Assembly (NCBI RefSeq): GCF_037042905.1
Contig: NC_087250.1
Coordinates: 11,718,001-11,782,000, forward strand
Reading direction: 5' to 3'
From: Lytechinus pictus
Lineage: Eukaryota
Length of the DNA stretch: 64,000 nt
Numbering within the stretch: position 1 is the first letter of the stretch; each line of letters begins with the position of its first letter. The position numbers and the translations under genes were made by a program. Below the pieces are notes generated by a model that saw only the letters and a list, made by a program, of their open reading frames with translations, ran no database searches and had not been told where the DNA came from. Positions 11,957-26,131 of the stretch are shown here, piece by piece.

Positions 11957-12219
11957 ATAATAATAATAGTCAGTTCTTGTATAGCGCATAACACATTATA
12001 AATAACGTATCTATGCACTTCCAAAGGACTTGGATATTATTACCCTGGCTTTATCCCCGCAGCCTTTTACAGCGCTGTGGCATTTCAAGGAATAAATTCC
12101 TGAGTGCAGCACAATGTGGATAAATTTCTTGCTGAAGGAAACTACGCCATGACTGGGATTTGAACCCACGACCTTCTGTTTCAAAGTTCGGAGAATAATC
12201 CACTGGGCCACAACGCTCC
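11957..12219 (-). mobile_element. tRNA-derived SINE inserted downstream of copy 1
   Basis: Minus strand A box TGGCCCAGTGG, B box GGTTCAAATCC, (ATT)n tail, CAATA direct repeats at 11952-11956 and 12221-12225; empty site in copy 2 (gccacaatgccaaaacc, about 22801). Confidence 0.9.
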
Positions 12220-12867
12220 TCAATACCAAAACCTTAATCAGTCAAGACAATCTAATGTTCATCACCTTGATGTCCTTTCTCTGGCAGCTGGACTTGAAAA
12301 CCTTGACTTGTTGATATAATATGTTGTAAATATTATATTATGTTTATAGTTGTTACAAAATATTCCATATGATGGTATTTTAATCATGTGTAGTGGTTTG
12401 CGCGCTTGCAGTGACAATCCAACTATGTGGTGAAGCTACAGCTGAATTTGGCAATGCTGGCAGCAAAAGTTAATAACCTGATTGGTACAAATTTTCAAAA
12501 CAGCGACACACAGACCCCTCTGTCTCTATAACACACAAAAACACAACTGCTTTCACGTACATCCTACTCTCTCTCTCTGTTACGGGTAGATATAGTGTTT
12601 AGGAAGCATCTTGAAATAAACGGTATCTTACTTCAGTCCCTACCTTGAACAAAATCATCAACTGTCCGATGATTTTCTCTTGTCACGGGATTTCCACAAT
12701 GTTCTATCATGGGAACATTGCTACTCATTCTCTACGCTGGTCTCCTTAGTGTGTCATGATAGTGATCACATATATAAGACGGATGTTACATTACTGTTAT
12801 TTTCGAGCATTGCGACATTGCCTTTATAGGGATGGTGAATATATAACTCTATACTAGTGTTCATCAG

Positions 12868-13139
12868 GGCCCCGTCTTACAATGAGTTACGATTGATCCA
12901 ATCAATCGCAACTATTGAAAGCCAACAACATCAACATCTGCTATGCATGTTTGTTCAAAATATTTTCTAACTATGATGTATATTCATGCATCTATTGTTT
13001 TTTTGAAAATCTGCGGTGCTTTCCTTTGTTTACAAAAGACATTGTGCAAATTTCCTGTAGAAAAAACATTATGACACTGATGGATTTCCAAAGAGTTACG
13101 ATGGATTGGATCAATCGTAACTCCTTGTTAGACGAGGCC
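12868..13139. mobile_element. MITE with GGCCCCGTCTTACAA..GAGTTACGATTGATCC TIRs (other copies 23426-23693, split copy 54139-54175 plus 61443-61670, fragments near 13665, 24208-24897, 62727-62850)
   Basis: Long TIRs, CWG target (CAG left, CTG right); empty site gttcatCAGatgtga at 38148-38150. Confidence 0.85.
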
Positions 13140-14297
13140 CTGATGTGAATCTGGGCTAACAATCTTAAACGAGGTTGAACTTTTTCTCTCTGTGACGTCA
13201 CCATTTAGGAGAAAGTGATCTCACTGCCTTTGTAGTTAATGTGAGTGCTATCATACCTTCAAAGTCTTCAATGTACCTTCCGTGAAGCAGATCATCCGCG
13301 TTAAAAAGTAAAAGTAAAACCGCTGCATATGAACTTTATAAAATGAAAGTATTTAGACTGAAATCAAGCCTGGCACTTAGTAATTACAGTTATCATGTCT
13401 CGCAGCGACCACTGTAACAGCTAGTGAACTTAACGAAAAAAAAATTAAAAAAATAGCGCAGCTAAAGAAACGCTGACACTTTCAATAATGCTTCAGCTTG
13501 TCTCGCCTAATGCACAATAGATCAATTTGCAGTTCTCTAAAATGGCTCTCAATCCAACTGGGCATCCTGGTGTATGTTTCATAAGCAGTCCTTAAGTTAC
13601 AAGTGACATTACGATCGACTGGTGACTCTTTCTTATTTTAAAAATAAAACAAATACAAATCTTTGTCCCGTCTTCAGAGAGTTACAATGGATCGGATCAT
13701 AACTTCAAGTATATAAAAGTCCATCAATGTCATCATGTTTTCTTTAGGACATTTGCACAATGTCATTTGAAAACAAAAATGAGCATACTGAATTGTCAAG
13801 AAAACAGTGAATGCATGAATATACATATATCAAGAAAATATGTTGACCGAACATGTATTTTAAGGCCATCGCACACCTTACGACTGTTCGCGATCCGATT
13901 TTTGAACAAATCAAATTTTGCTAATTTTCTGAAAATGTGAAAGGAATATATCATTTTATTTGAGGTTAAAAGTATTTGAAAGAATACTAATATAACCATT
14001 TTTAAAGATTGCAAGCCTTTATATTGGAGTAAAGGCCAAATTAGTTTTAAATCGTAGCCAATCGTACGACTGCTATGACGTAATTACGACTAGATATTAA
14101 AATTGATTGTATTCTAGAATGATGATAGCATAGTCACATATTTAAACATAGGTATTCGTATGATGATTTTGAACATTACACAGTAAGATATTCCAAGTCT
14201 CAATATTAGCATCAAATTCTAATACGTTTTATTCCAAATTTATATACATATTTATATATATTTGCATACATATTTTTTCAATTGGATATAGGTTTTT

Positions 14298-14334
<37 letters not shown>

Positions 14335-14879
14335 CATATATACTCATACATACTATTTAAGTTCCCAATTATTTATTTTTACTTCTTCGAAGGAGATCCA
14401 GGCTTTGCAAGGTTGGACTCATCATTTCCATTTACATAAAATATGCTCTATTTTTATACTGCTTTTCGTTTAAAATGTCGATCAGTTAATTTGTACCTGT
14501 CTCATATTACTTTGTACTATGTATAAAGGAGCTGAAATAAAGTATTGCTAACAAACTGGTTGTTTTGATTGAAATGGTCATTAATTTCTGAAGAACACTC
14601 AAACCATATGCCTCTTCAATGAAATAAACAACACCCTCGGGCAATAGCAAAACGACACCCCTTTCAAACTTTTGCAGACATCATAAGGTCCATTTGTTGT
14701 TCATGAGATGACAACATCAGATGTGTTTCTTTGTCCTCTTTTTTTTCTTCTACAGCTCCTACTTTGAACAGAGCGATATATTAGAATACCAATGGCAAAT
14801 TATAACAAAAACAGAAACATAAAATACTAGTTCTACTACACCAGTAATGCGACGTTTTACTAGTACAAAAACAACAATG

Positions 14880-14925
<46 letters not shown>

Positions 14926-15230
14926 TGAATACTATTTTTTTTACTACCACTACTACTACTACTACTTCTACTTCTACNNNNNNNNNNNNNNNNNNNNNNN
15001 NNNNNNNNNNNNNNNNNNNNNNNNNNNNNNNNNNNNNNNNNNNNNNNNNNNNNNNNNNNNNNNNNNNNNNNNNNNNNNNNNNNNNNNNNNNNNNNNNNNN
15101 NNNNNTATTACTAGTCGAACCATTACCACAACAAAAACAACAACAACAACTACTACTACTACTACTACTACTATTGCTACTCTTACTACTGCTACTGTTG
15201 CTGCTGCCGCTACTTCTACTACTACAACTA
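14880..15230. repeat. (CTA)n/(CTG)n microsatellite with gap (homologues about 27080-27345, 27867-27925, 42139-42385)
   Basis: Direct inspection; same position within the duplicated unit. Confidence 0.9.
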
Positions 15231-16642
15231 ACAAAAGTAATGACGCTGCTACTGCTATTAGTAATAATGGGAGTAGAAAGGGGTTGACTTTGAAGCATCG
15301 TATCTACCGTCTACAACAACGTTTATTAAGAACAAAATCCGTAAAATCCTAGAATAAAGCATTCGAATAAAAGAAAAGTATAGACAAGAAAAAAACAACG
15401 CATGGGGTGATTTGTCTCTGCAGTCATAACGCATGTTTAAGTGGATTTTAATTCATTGCCTGAATTGGACATTTTCTCACAAAACATTGAATTTTTAAAA
15501 TTTGGTTTGGCTAAAATACAGTTGTGCTCAAAAGTTAGTGAACCCCACAACCATGACAACGAAATGCACTCGCTTATTATGCAGAGTGTTGAATGTAGAC
15601 AACAACACACAATGTTCGGCAAGCCCAGAGAAACAAACTTTATGGAATGTAATATTTATTACCTGACTCACAATTAAATATCTAAAACATAGCAGAATTG
15701 GAACACTTGAAATCTATTCACTTTTTGTCGGGGTTCACTAACAAATACGACAACATGTACCCGGCAACGGTAATGGATTTCATTGGGTAAAAATGCAACT
15801 AACGTATAAACTACCCCTAAAACCCCAAAACAACTACAACAACTAAAACAAAATGATTGATAATAAACGATGAAAATTGCTATGGTTGTAATAGGGTGAT
15901 CATTATGGTAATGATAACGATTTACCTCTTTATGAATTAAAATAGATTTACAAAATGTTGATAACCATTCAAGAGGATAAAACTGCTTTTGTCGCTGAAA
16001 TTTTGTTGATAACACTATACCTATGCATTAACCTTAACCGGCATGATACATGTGAACACGCAATAATGAACTTCATCAACGCAAACGGCATCGCGAGATT
16101 TATCCAGTATGTCTAGAAACCGAAAGGCGCTGGCCAACGTCATACCGCATTTCGTTGCCAAGTGATAAATATACACCAGCGTTCCGATTGTCAGTGCATA
16201 GACGAATGCGTTTCGTGAAGAGAGATTTCGCCAGTTTGCACAGGCTCATCATCAATGCAGCCAATTACTATATGTAAGGGAATGGTTCTAAACAGCGAGG
16301 AATATAATATATTGTGCTGCTAGTATAAAGCCGTTCCATATAGGATATATATAATCGTATGTATTTATACACCTTTTCTTCTATTCTTAATGATAATATA
16401 TTATGTCTAGACTTCTGTCACGATGTTGCTTTTATTTCAATTTTGCAGTACTCATTGGCTATACGGTAATTGATAAACAGAAACATTGGTTATCGAGATT
16501 TCCAGCAGGCCGAAGCTATGGAAGCTTTAAAGTTAGGAAAATAGAATGAGACGACGAGATCTCGGGTCTCGTCATGTCTACATCCCGTGGGAGAGATGAT
16601 CAGATGACAAGATCTTGCATCTCGTCATGTCTACATCTTATA

Positions 16643-17330
16643 TCTTTAATATGTTGTACTGGTTATATGTAAAATTTATTTTGGGGGTATTGCACCTACT
16701 CTGTTCTTCTATTCTTCATATCTTTCCTTCCTCTTCTTTTAGCCCAGGGCTGCTCCTGCAGGTTGTTTTGAAAGAATGGAGTGGGCACCGTTGGGATATC
16801 CAATGTTATGCTTGTTTCTCTTTTCTCCAACCATTTGGATCATCCTGTGGGGACTTTTTGATTACGTTTCAAGTTTAGTTTAAAGTTTCGAACCAAGTCT
16901 CATGCTTACGTCATTGCTTAATGCTCCATTCAACTTTGCAAAGCGCCGTTTGTATCTTTATACTGCTTAAAAAAAAAAAACCATTTCATTCAATTACCAA
17001 CATTCCCACTCAACTGTGCCCGTAGATACGTTTTTGTTTTTCTTTGTTTCTCTTTCCGTCAGTTTAATATGTTTTTTTCAGGCTGCTTAACTACATACCG
17101 TCCAAATCAAACGTTTCCCTTTTCTTTTTCTAGTTATCTTTGCAAGGTTGGATGGAGTCCGCCCTTTCTTGGGTTTATTGATTAATCATATTTTACATAT
17201 ATATTTTGTATACTGTTCTGTTAAATTTGTGTGTGAATCTTTTTACTCTGTACAAACATTTACAATTCAGCCATTGGCTGCCAAGAATGTTTTGATTCCT
17301 AATAAAACCATTATTATTATTATTATTATA
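16643..17330 (+). mobile_element. 5'-truncated retroposon insertion specific to copy 2 upstream intron
   Basis: Interrupts the minisatellite at gtctacatcttata|gaa, ends AATAAAacc(ATT)n, TTATA on both sides; absent at homologous sites of copies 1 and 3. Confidence 0.75.
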
Positions 17331-17768
17331 GAACAGATGATCAGATGACAAGATCTTGCATCTCGTCATGTCTACATCTTATAGTACAGATGATAAGATG
17401 GCGAGATCTCGGATCTCGTCATGTCTACATCCTGTGGGAGAGATGATCAGATGGCAAGATCTCGGATCAAAGATCTTGCCGTCTGATCATATCTTCTAGA
17501 AGATGTAAGCATAACGAGATTCGAGATCTTGCCATCTGTTTTTTTTTATCCAATCAAACTTTTTGTTGGGATGGATTTGCCCTTTAAGATATTTCAAGGC
17601 AAGAGGAGGGCATTTTGAAAAAAAAAGGGCCAATGGGGTGGGGTTAAGAAAACGACATTCAGCGAATAACTAACCCGACATTCTTTTTAGGGCCTACCTG
17701 AACGAATAATGATGACTTGCATCCTTTTTTTTCTTACGATTTTATAGGTTTCGTGACCTATGCTAAAG

Positions 17769-20700
17769 ATGGGTTCTTCTGCAAGTGCTAGAAGGATTCC
17801 ACCAGTGCAACAGATCGCAGAACCTCCATCTGTCGAAAACTCAAAAGCTAGCCGAGAAGTAGGAGGCCACAATGAAGCGGACAGTGGTCCAGAGGCACCG
17901 GAAGGAATAACTGAGCCATCCAACCCGGCAGCTCCCGCTGACAACCTGGCCGATATTTCAGACGTTCTGCTTGTTGACTCTGCAGCTGCAAAGGCAAAAC
18001 GAATAGAGGAGTTTAGTGAGGAGATCAAGCAATGTCTTATACCTGTAAAAGAAGGTATCCAGCACATCAAGGAATGTGACGATTTCCCATGCGACTCGTG
18101 CAACGAGCACATGAGGGGTATCAACAAAGTTTCTCGGAACAAGAACATTGACCGCAATGCTGCCGCGGACGGGTTGGCCATTGACACGGACTACTGCAAA
18201 ATGTTTAGCTATAGATGGTCAAAGGGGGAATTGTTACAGCAGATCGAGGATGCTGATCCCACTGAAGAATTGACGCCCCAAAAGAAAACGATATTTACGT
18301 TTTATATTGAACTCTTAGGTTCCAGTTGGAACTTCACCGATAAGTCCGAGTACTTCTGTCTACAAATGGAAGAGGACGGATGCCTGGCGTTGATATCGGA
18401 CTGGTTTTTACATCTGGTCGAGGGTTCGAACTCCACGAATAAATGGGTTGATGATGTAGTCTTCGATGCAATGAACGTAATTGATAATTCATGCATGAGA
18501 GTGCGGGCGTTGGCTCCAAGGCACCACCGAGTCGTACCTGCTCTTCAGAAGTTCGGCGAGTCAACAGAAAGCTTGACCCAGACGATCGCGTACATGACGT
18601 TGGCTAAGCTAGTCAAGAAAGAAGAAGCCGACAAGCTATCCACCAATACCAAATGCATTGTATCGCTACTGTCTCTCCTGAAGAAATGCCTCTCAAATCC
18701 AGACCACAAGGCCTCAACTAGAAGACAAACATCTAAGAAGAACTTTGTCACCGTAATAAGTCTAAATGCAGAAGAGCTCGTGCAATCCGTTGAAGATCTA
18801 GCCATAAATGATAACAACAAAAAGCTCATCGTTACAAAAGGTGGGATCCCACTCCTCGGGCAATTGCTTAAACCAAATTGTTCCATCGAAGAGAAGACCT
18901 CTGCTGCGAATACCATCTGGAGACTGGCATTCCTCAAGGAAAATAAAGAGAAACTTCGCAAAGACCAGGGTATCATATACAGTGAGTACCTTTCAAATAT
19001 TATGAATTGGCACAATAACATGGAAACCCATTATGATAAAATAATCAGCAAAGACGCCTTCCATATACGTAGAATGAACAAGCAAAATCAAACAACATAA
19101 GTAGCTGGCCTAGCGATCCATCGGCAATTAGACCTTGCATCTGAATTGAATAAACCAGGAAAAATAAAACACCATGAGTAATAACGAACCTATTTGGTGT
19201 ATCCCGTTTATTTAGATTAATTTGAAGGTAAGAGTGTCAATTAAAATATAGATCAGTTACAAAATTGGAAACTAATGCACAAAGCGCTAGTTTCCCAATT
19301 GTTTATTGCTAAAAAATTACGATTTTAATCACTTTGCTAGATCTGACCGAGTATTCCCAGAGTGAGCACGAAAAACTCCGTACTGCTTGCATGGGAGCTC
19401 TCTTCGAGATCTACGAATCCAGACTTCCCGAAAACCTGAAGAGCAAAAAAACCGACGAGGGGTCACCGCAGAGAGCGCCACCCGACAATGCAAAGTCAAC
19501 TGGACACATCATGCTCAGCTACAAATGGGAACACCCGTCCAAACCTGTGATGCGTGAGTTCAAGAAGGAGCTTCGAAAGAGAGGATACGTTGTATGGATG
19601 GATGAGGACCATATGAGTAAGTCCAGGGACCCTCAACACAAAAGTTAGCAATTGTATGCATGATTTTCACAATTAACATTACATTCAGGTCAATCAGATC
19701 AACCGTGAACAAAAAATTATACCATGATTGCTATGCTTTATGTTACGGGCCCCAGATCAATCTTAAAATCCATTACGATGTCCTTACATTAACTGTGGTA
19801 AAATAAGAACAACTTTTAGATGTACGTGTAATGAATTATGCCACCCCAGGCTTTTATTGCCATCCATTCATTACTAAATTCGCCATCCCCATATCCCCTT
19901 CCTTCTTTCTCTTCTTTATCATCATTACCTTCTTTCCCCTCCTTCTCTTTCTATTCTTCTACATTTCATTCTCTACTCGTGGTTGTCTCTTCCAAAATCC
20001 ATTTCTCTTCAATACTTCCAAATTTCACAAACATTTATGTTCAATTTTTGTTTGTTTCAGTGGGTGATAAAATTGGGGCGATGGCAGAAGCTGTAGAGAA
20101 TGCTGACATGATAATTGCCTGCATTACAAGTGGTTACCAAGATAGTCAAGACTGCAGAACAGGTGAGAATTTTCTCCTTTCCAACTTCTCATCATCATCG
20201 CAATCAACATCAGTCATTACTGCAATCATCATCATTATCATTACCACCACCACCATGATCATCATCATCTTCAGCACCATCATTTCATTACTTCATCATC
20301 ATCGTCATCCTCATCATTACCACCATCATCATTATCATCGTCATCATCATCATCATCATCATCATCTCAGTCGACATCACATCATCACTGCAGTCATCAT
20401 CATCACTATCACCAAGACCATAACTATCATCATCATCACCACCACCATGCAGCAAAACCATCATCATACCACCACCATCACCATCCTTATCACCTTCATC
20501 ATCATCATTATCAGTTTTCAGAACTGAAGTGGGTTCCCTGNNNNNNNNNNNNNNNNNNNNNNNNNNNNNNNNNNNNNNNNNNNNNNNNNNNNNNNNNNNN
20601 NNNNNNNNNNNNNNNNNNNNNNNNNNNNNNNNNNNNNNNNNNNNNNNNNNNNNNNNNNNNNNNNNNNNNNNNNNNNNNNNNNNNNNNNNNNNNNNNNNNN

Positions 20701-22429
20701 NNNNNNNNNNNNNNNNCTTCATCATTATCGCAATCTACATCATCAACTCTCCATGGCAGGTTTTTAAAGAGAGCCACCCTTTTGTCCAGTAAAAAATAGA
20801 CCACATATTCTAGGAATTTAAACAGCAAAATAAGATAACACTGAGTCTATACTATACTAGAATTGTATAGTCTATGCGGTGGCGTGCAAATTAGGGGGGG
20901 GGGGGGCTTGGGGACGCTTCCCCCTCCCCAATTTCTTCACGACCTAGACCCCCCAAAATGATAAAAGGAAAGAAAAGAAAGTAAAGAGAGTAGGGTGAAA
21001 TATTGCATTATTTTCTGGATATCACGTCAAAATCTATCCCAAAATTGTATTTTTGTAATAAAACTGATGAAATTTCAAAGATTTTTGCCCGATATGCCAT
21101 ATCTGGCCTCCTCAATTCTTATGGGGTTGATAACGCCACTGAGTCTGTGGAAGTATTCTAAAATGAAAAAAAGGAATGCCTGCTATTGAAGTGTAAAGGT
21201 CACTCTTGACCCCTATCCAAATGCATCATTAACGTATACGTATTGAAAGTTCCTACTTATTTCAAAGACTCTCATTTAATAATTTCAGAAGCGTCTTATG
21301 CATACGAATGCAAGAAGAAGATCATTCCAGTGAAAGTTAAGGCCGACTTCAAAGCTTCTGGCTGGCTAGGGGGTATTACGGCCGGGAAGATATACTACAT
21401 CGTGCAAAAAGAAGAGCTCGTCGCCAAAGTACTTCCTAGCATCATAGAAAAAGAATTCGCTGTGCAGAAAGAAACAATCCAGAAGGTGAATGCTACAACG
21501 ACAGGTATGTAATTCTAAATCTACGCACCCTATTCCCCACCCCTTCCTAACAAAAATCAATGTGGAACGAGCTGTACCGAGGGGAAATGTAAAATGTTCA
21601 AATTGAATTTAACGATCTGGGCCCGTTAACACAACGCTTAGCGATGAATAGAAAATATGCAAGAACGCTTCTGATTGGTTCCTGGTCAGTATTTTAACTA
21701 AAGTGCGCATGAAACATTGATCTTGATTGGTGAAGTCCATTTTGCGATTGATCGCTAATCTTTGTGTTACGGAGCTCAGGTCAAGTTTTGAAATGGTCGG
21801 GTTTTAACAAGTTCGTTGGTGAGAAATGCAATAGTCCTCCCCCCTCACTCACCTGTTCCACAGCGTACGCTTATGGACATTCAACCAGGATGAACTAAAC
21901 ACATGTATTATGTATGTCACGGGAGATTACAAACACAGAAATAAACATAGAAATAAAATCTATCAATAGTTAACTGTCTATCAATAATATCTTCCACATC
22001 TGTATCATTGTATGTACACAATGCTAACGATTTCCCACTGCAAACGTTTTAAAAAATGCCGAGTTTTAGCGTTACCTGTTTTCCAATTGCGATTTTTCAT
22101 AGGCGCAAAGTCGGATATAGCTATTCTAATTTTGATTGCATTCCCTTTTCTTGATAGGGTCACAACTGCCGGAACAGGAACCGAAGTCACCTCCAACAGA
22201 ATCCCAAGTACCCGGATGGGATTCCAAGAGGGTCCAGGATTGGCTGGCGGCGAACAACGTCACATCACGTAACAAAGCGCTTAAATCCATCAACGGAACT
22301 CAGTTGCTGCAGCTCAAGAAACAGCTTACTACAGTACCACAGGCGTTCTACCAGTCCATGAAAGATGATCTGAAGGTTCCATACCTTGACGTTCTTTCCC
22401 TCGCAGCTGCACTTGAAAACCTTGCATAG
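17769..22429 (+). CDS. Myristoylation-motif ARM-TIR-SAM protein copy 2 (692 aa): join(17769..18981,19341..19616,20061..20162,21289..21504,22158..22429)
   Basis: Same five-exon structure, GT-AG phase-1 introns, 1213+276+102+216+272 nt, frame intact. An extra in-frame ATG at 17760 is in weak context. Confidence 0.93.
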
Positions 22430-24408
22430 TCACGTGGTAATGTGATATCACCAAAGGTACCATCAGCGTGCCAAGTTACGGCATGGACTTACAACTCAAG
22501 AAACACCTGACCACAATGGGAAATCCAATGTTCCTTACCTTGAAGTTCTTTCTCTAGACGCTGCTCTTGAAAACCTTGAATAGTCACGTGGTGTTTGCGT
22601 AATTGCCGATCACGTGATATCCCCGACGGTACCACCAACGTGCCAAGTTCCGGCAACTCAAGAAACACTAATGTTCCTTGCATTGAAGTTCTTTCTCTCG
22701 CAGCTGCCCTTGAAAGCCTTAAGTAGTCACTCAGTATTTGCGTCAGGCACATCACGCTATATTTTCAACGGACCTGTTACTACAACTCAAGAAGGAACTT
22801 GCCACAATGCCAAAACCTTAATCAGTCAAGACAATCTAATGTTCATCACCTTGAAGTCCTTCTCTTGCAGCTGCACTTGAAAACCTTGACTATTTGATCG
22901 AATATGTTGTAAATATTATATTATGTTTATAGTTACGTTAGATTCCATATGATGGTATTTTGATTATTTGTAGTGGTTGGCACGCTTGTAGTAACAATCC
23001 AATGTGTGTTGAAGCTACAGCTGATTTGGGCAATGCTGGCATCAAAAGTTAATCAGTGGAATATAGCCTGATTGTGATTGGTACAAATTTTCAAAACAGC
23101 GACACACAGACCCCTCTGTCTCTATAACACACAAAAACACAACTGCCTTCACGTGCATCCTACTCTCTCTCTCACGGGTATAAATAGTGTTAAGGAAGCA
23201 TTTTGAAATAAACAATACCTTACTTCAGTCCCTACTGAACTTGTCAGGGGAGTTCCACAGTGTTCTATAATGGGACCATTGCTACTCATTCTCTACGCTG
23301 GTCTCCTTAGTGTGTCATGATAGTGATCACATATATAAGACGGATGTTACATTACTGTTATTTTCGAGCATTGCAACATTGCCTTAGGGATGGTAAATAT
23401 ATAACTCTATACTAGTGTTCATCAGGGTCCCGTCTTACAAAGAGTTACGATTGATTCAATCAATCGCTACTATGGAAAGCCAGCGACATCAACATCTTTT
23501 ATGCATGTATGTGCAAAATATTTTCTAACTATGATGTGTATTCATGTATCTATTGTTTTCTTGAAAATCCGCTTTGCTTTTCTTTGTTTACAAAAGACAT
23601 TGTGCAAATTTCCTGTTGAAAAAATATGACACTGATGGATTTCCAATGAGTTACGATGGATTGGATCAATCGTAACTCTTTGTAAGACGGGGCTAACAAT
23701 CTTAAACGAGGTTGAACTTTTTCTCTCTGTGACGTCACCATTTAGGAGAAAGTGATCTCACTGCCTTTGTAGTTTATGGGACTGCTGTCATACCTTCAAA
23801 GTCTCCAATGTACCTTGGATCCACAATGGATACATTTTCCCGTGAAGCAGATCATCCACGTTAAAAAGTAAAAGTAAAACTGCTGCATATAAACTTTATA
23901 AAATGTGAAAGTATCTAGACTGAAATCAAGCCTGGCACGTACAGTTATCATATCTCACAGCGACCACTGTAACAGTTCGTGAACTTAACGAAAAACAAAA
24001 GATTCATCGCAGCTAACGAAACGCTGACACTTTCAATAACGCTTCAACTTATCTCGCCTCATGCACAATAAATCATTCTCGAAAATGACTCTCAATCCAA
24101 CTGGGCATCCTGGTGTATGTTTCATAAAGCAGACCTTAACTTGCAACGGTCATTACGATAGACTGGCAACCCTTTCTTATCTTTAAAATAAACAAATGAA
24201 AATCTTTGTCCCGTCTTACAGAGAGTAACGATTGATCGGATCATAACTTCAAGTATATAAAGGTCCATCAATGTCATCATGTTTTATTTAGGACATTTGC
24301 ACAATGTCATTTGAAAACAAAGAGGAGCATACTAAATTGTTTAGAAAACAGTGAATGCATGAATATACATTGTATCAAGAAAATATGTTGACCGAACATG
24401 TATTTTAA

Positions 24409-24822
24409 GGCCATCGCACACCTGACGACTGTTCGCGATCCGATTTTGGAACAAATTGCATTTTGCTAATTTTCTGAAAATTTGAAAGGAATATATTATT
24501 TTGTTTGAGGTTAAAAGTAATTGAAAGAATACTTATATAACCATTTTTAAAGATTGCAAGCCTTTATATTAGAGTAAAGGCCAAATTAGTTTAAAATCTT
24601 AGCCAATCGTACGCTTGCTATGACATCATTACGACTAGATATTAAATTAGATTTTATTCTAAGAAGGATGATAGCATAGTCACATATCTAAACATAGGTA
24701 TTCGTATGATGATTTTGAACATTACACACTAAGATATTCCAAGTCTCAATATTAGCATCAAATTTTACTACGTTTTATTCCAAAAATGAGTCGCAGACCA
24801 ATCGTAAGGTGTGTGGTCGCCT
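24409..24822. mobile_element. Harbinger-like MITE nested in another MITE (truncated homologue about 13863-14237)
   Basis: taa-ggccatcgcacacctgacga ... tcgtaaggtgtgtggtcgcc-tt inverted ends. Confidence 0.65.
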
Positions 24823-25426
24823 TTAGATGTTGACGTTGCTGGCTTGTCATAGTTGTGGTTGATTGGATCAATCGTAAATCCTTGTAAGACGGGGCCCAGG
24901 TGTATGTCGGTCACCTCAAGAAAGGGTCACAAGTCACCCGAAAACACGACGGGAAAAAAATGCATGTACAAATCAAACACCTTTTGTCTGTTTTCCGTCC
25001 TGTTTTGAAGAGCTACCGAAACTTGGGGATAGACTGAACCTTATAGCAATGTTTATTTGTTATTAATTATTATATGTAACCATTATCATCGCTGCTGGTC
25101 TTTGAGAAATAACGTTGAGATTTAGAGCGGGTCTTCCCACCATATTTTTTCTTCATAGTATCGTAATTATCCACAACTTAGCCAAACGGTCTATGGTATA
25201 TTTCAGTTCACTTTGAAGAATACAATAAGGAGGAAGTCTTCAATTGACGCGGACAATCATCTTCAAGAATAATGTACAATGTGAGAAAGTATGCTTCATG
25301 GACCCTCGACCTCGCACACCCTCCCTGTTCTAAGACACCCCATATCTTCTCAAACATAATCTAACTTTAGATGCATTTCGAACTCGTTAAAACCTATATC
25401 CAATTGAAAAAATATATATGCATATA

Positions 25427-25509
<83 letters not shown>

Positions 25510-25526
25510 TTGCATATATATTTTTG

Positions 25527-26065
25527 GATGAGGAAAGAAAGCTTTTGGAAGAGAAGATTATCCATCGCCTTGGATGTCTCCAATCCAATGGACTCAATGT
25601 TTCTTTCTACTCATTTCGTCTGACGTAGATATTTCTTTTCTTCTTTTTCTTTTACTTTCTTTTTATTTTTCTTTTTCCTTCTTTTCCTGGTCTTTCTTTC
25701 CTTTTCTTTTTCCTTCTCTTTTTTTCTTTTTCCCCTATCTCCCTCCTTCTCATTCGCTCTCTCATTCTTTCTTTCTCTCACGTGCTCTCTCTTATCGTCA
25801 CTTTCTCATTTTCTCTCTATCTACCTCTCCTACTGTCTTCTTTCGTTTCCCCTTTATGACGTATCCTCTTCGTCATCCTTTGTGCGCTTTTGCTCACTGT
25901 TTTGAATACGCGCATCTTTATGATGCATTATTTTGACGCAATGTGATAAATTTGTCATAACTTGACAAAGCCCTATGGGCGAAAATTCGTTAAAAAATTA
26001 CTGTCCACGGAGTTTTTATTCTTTTCTTTGTTTGAACCTACTTATAATCTCCGAGCAGATCATTT

Positions 26066-26068
<3 letters not shown>
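25527..26068 (+). mobile_element. Penelope-like element remnant between two (TA)n tracts
   Basis: ERKLLEEKIIHRLGCLQSNGLNVSF resembles the C-terminus of Penelope GIY-YIG endonucleases; followed by a pyrimidine-rich tract and a variant hammerhead-like motif at 25958-25992. Confidence 0.65.

Positions 26069-26131
<63 letters not shown>

Noticed and set aside
14759-15298. Poly-Thr/Leu/Val/Ser ORFs (also 27060-28050, 41940-42541) and IYIY ORFs (25350-26435, 40791-41096)
   Set aside because: (CTA)n and (TA)n microsatellites and read-through of N gaps
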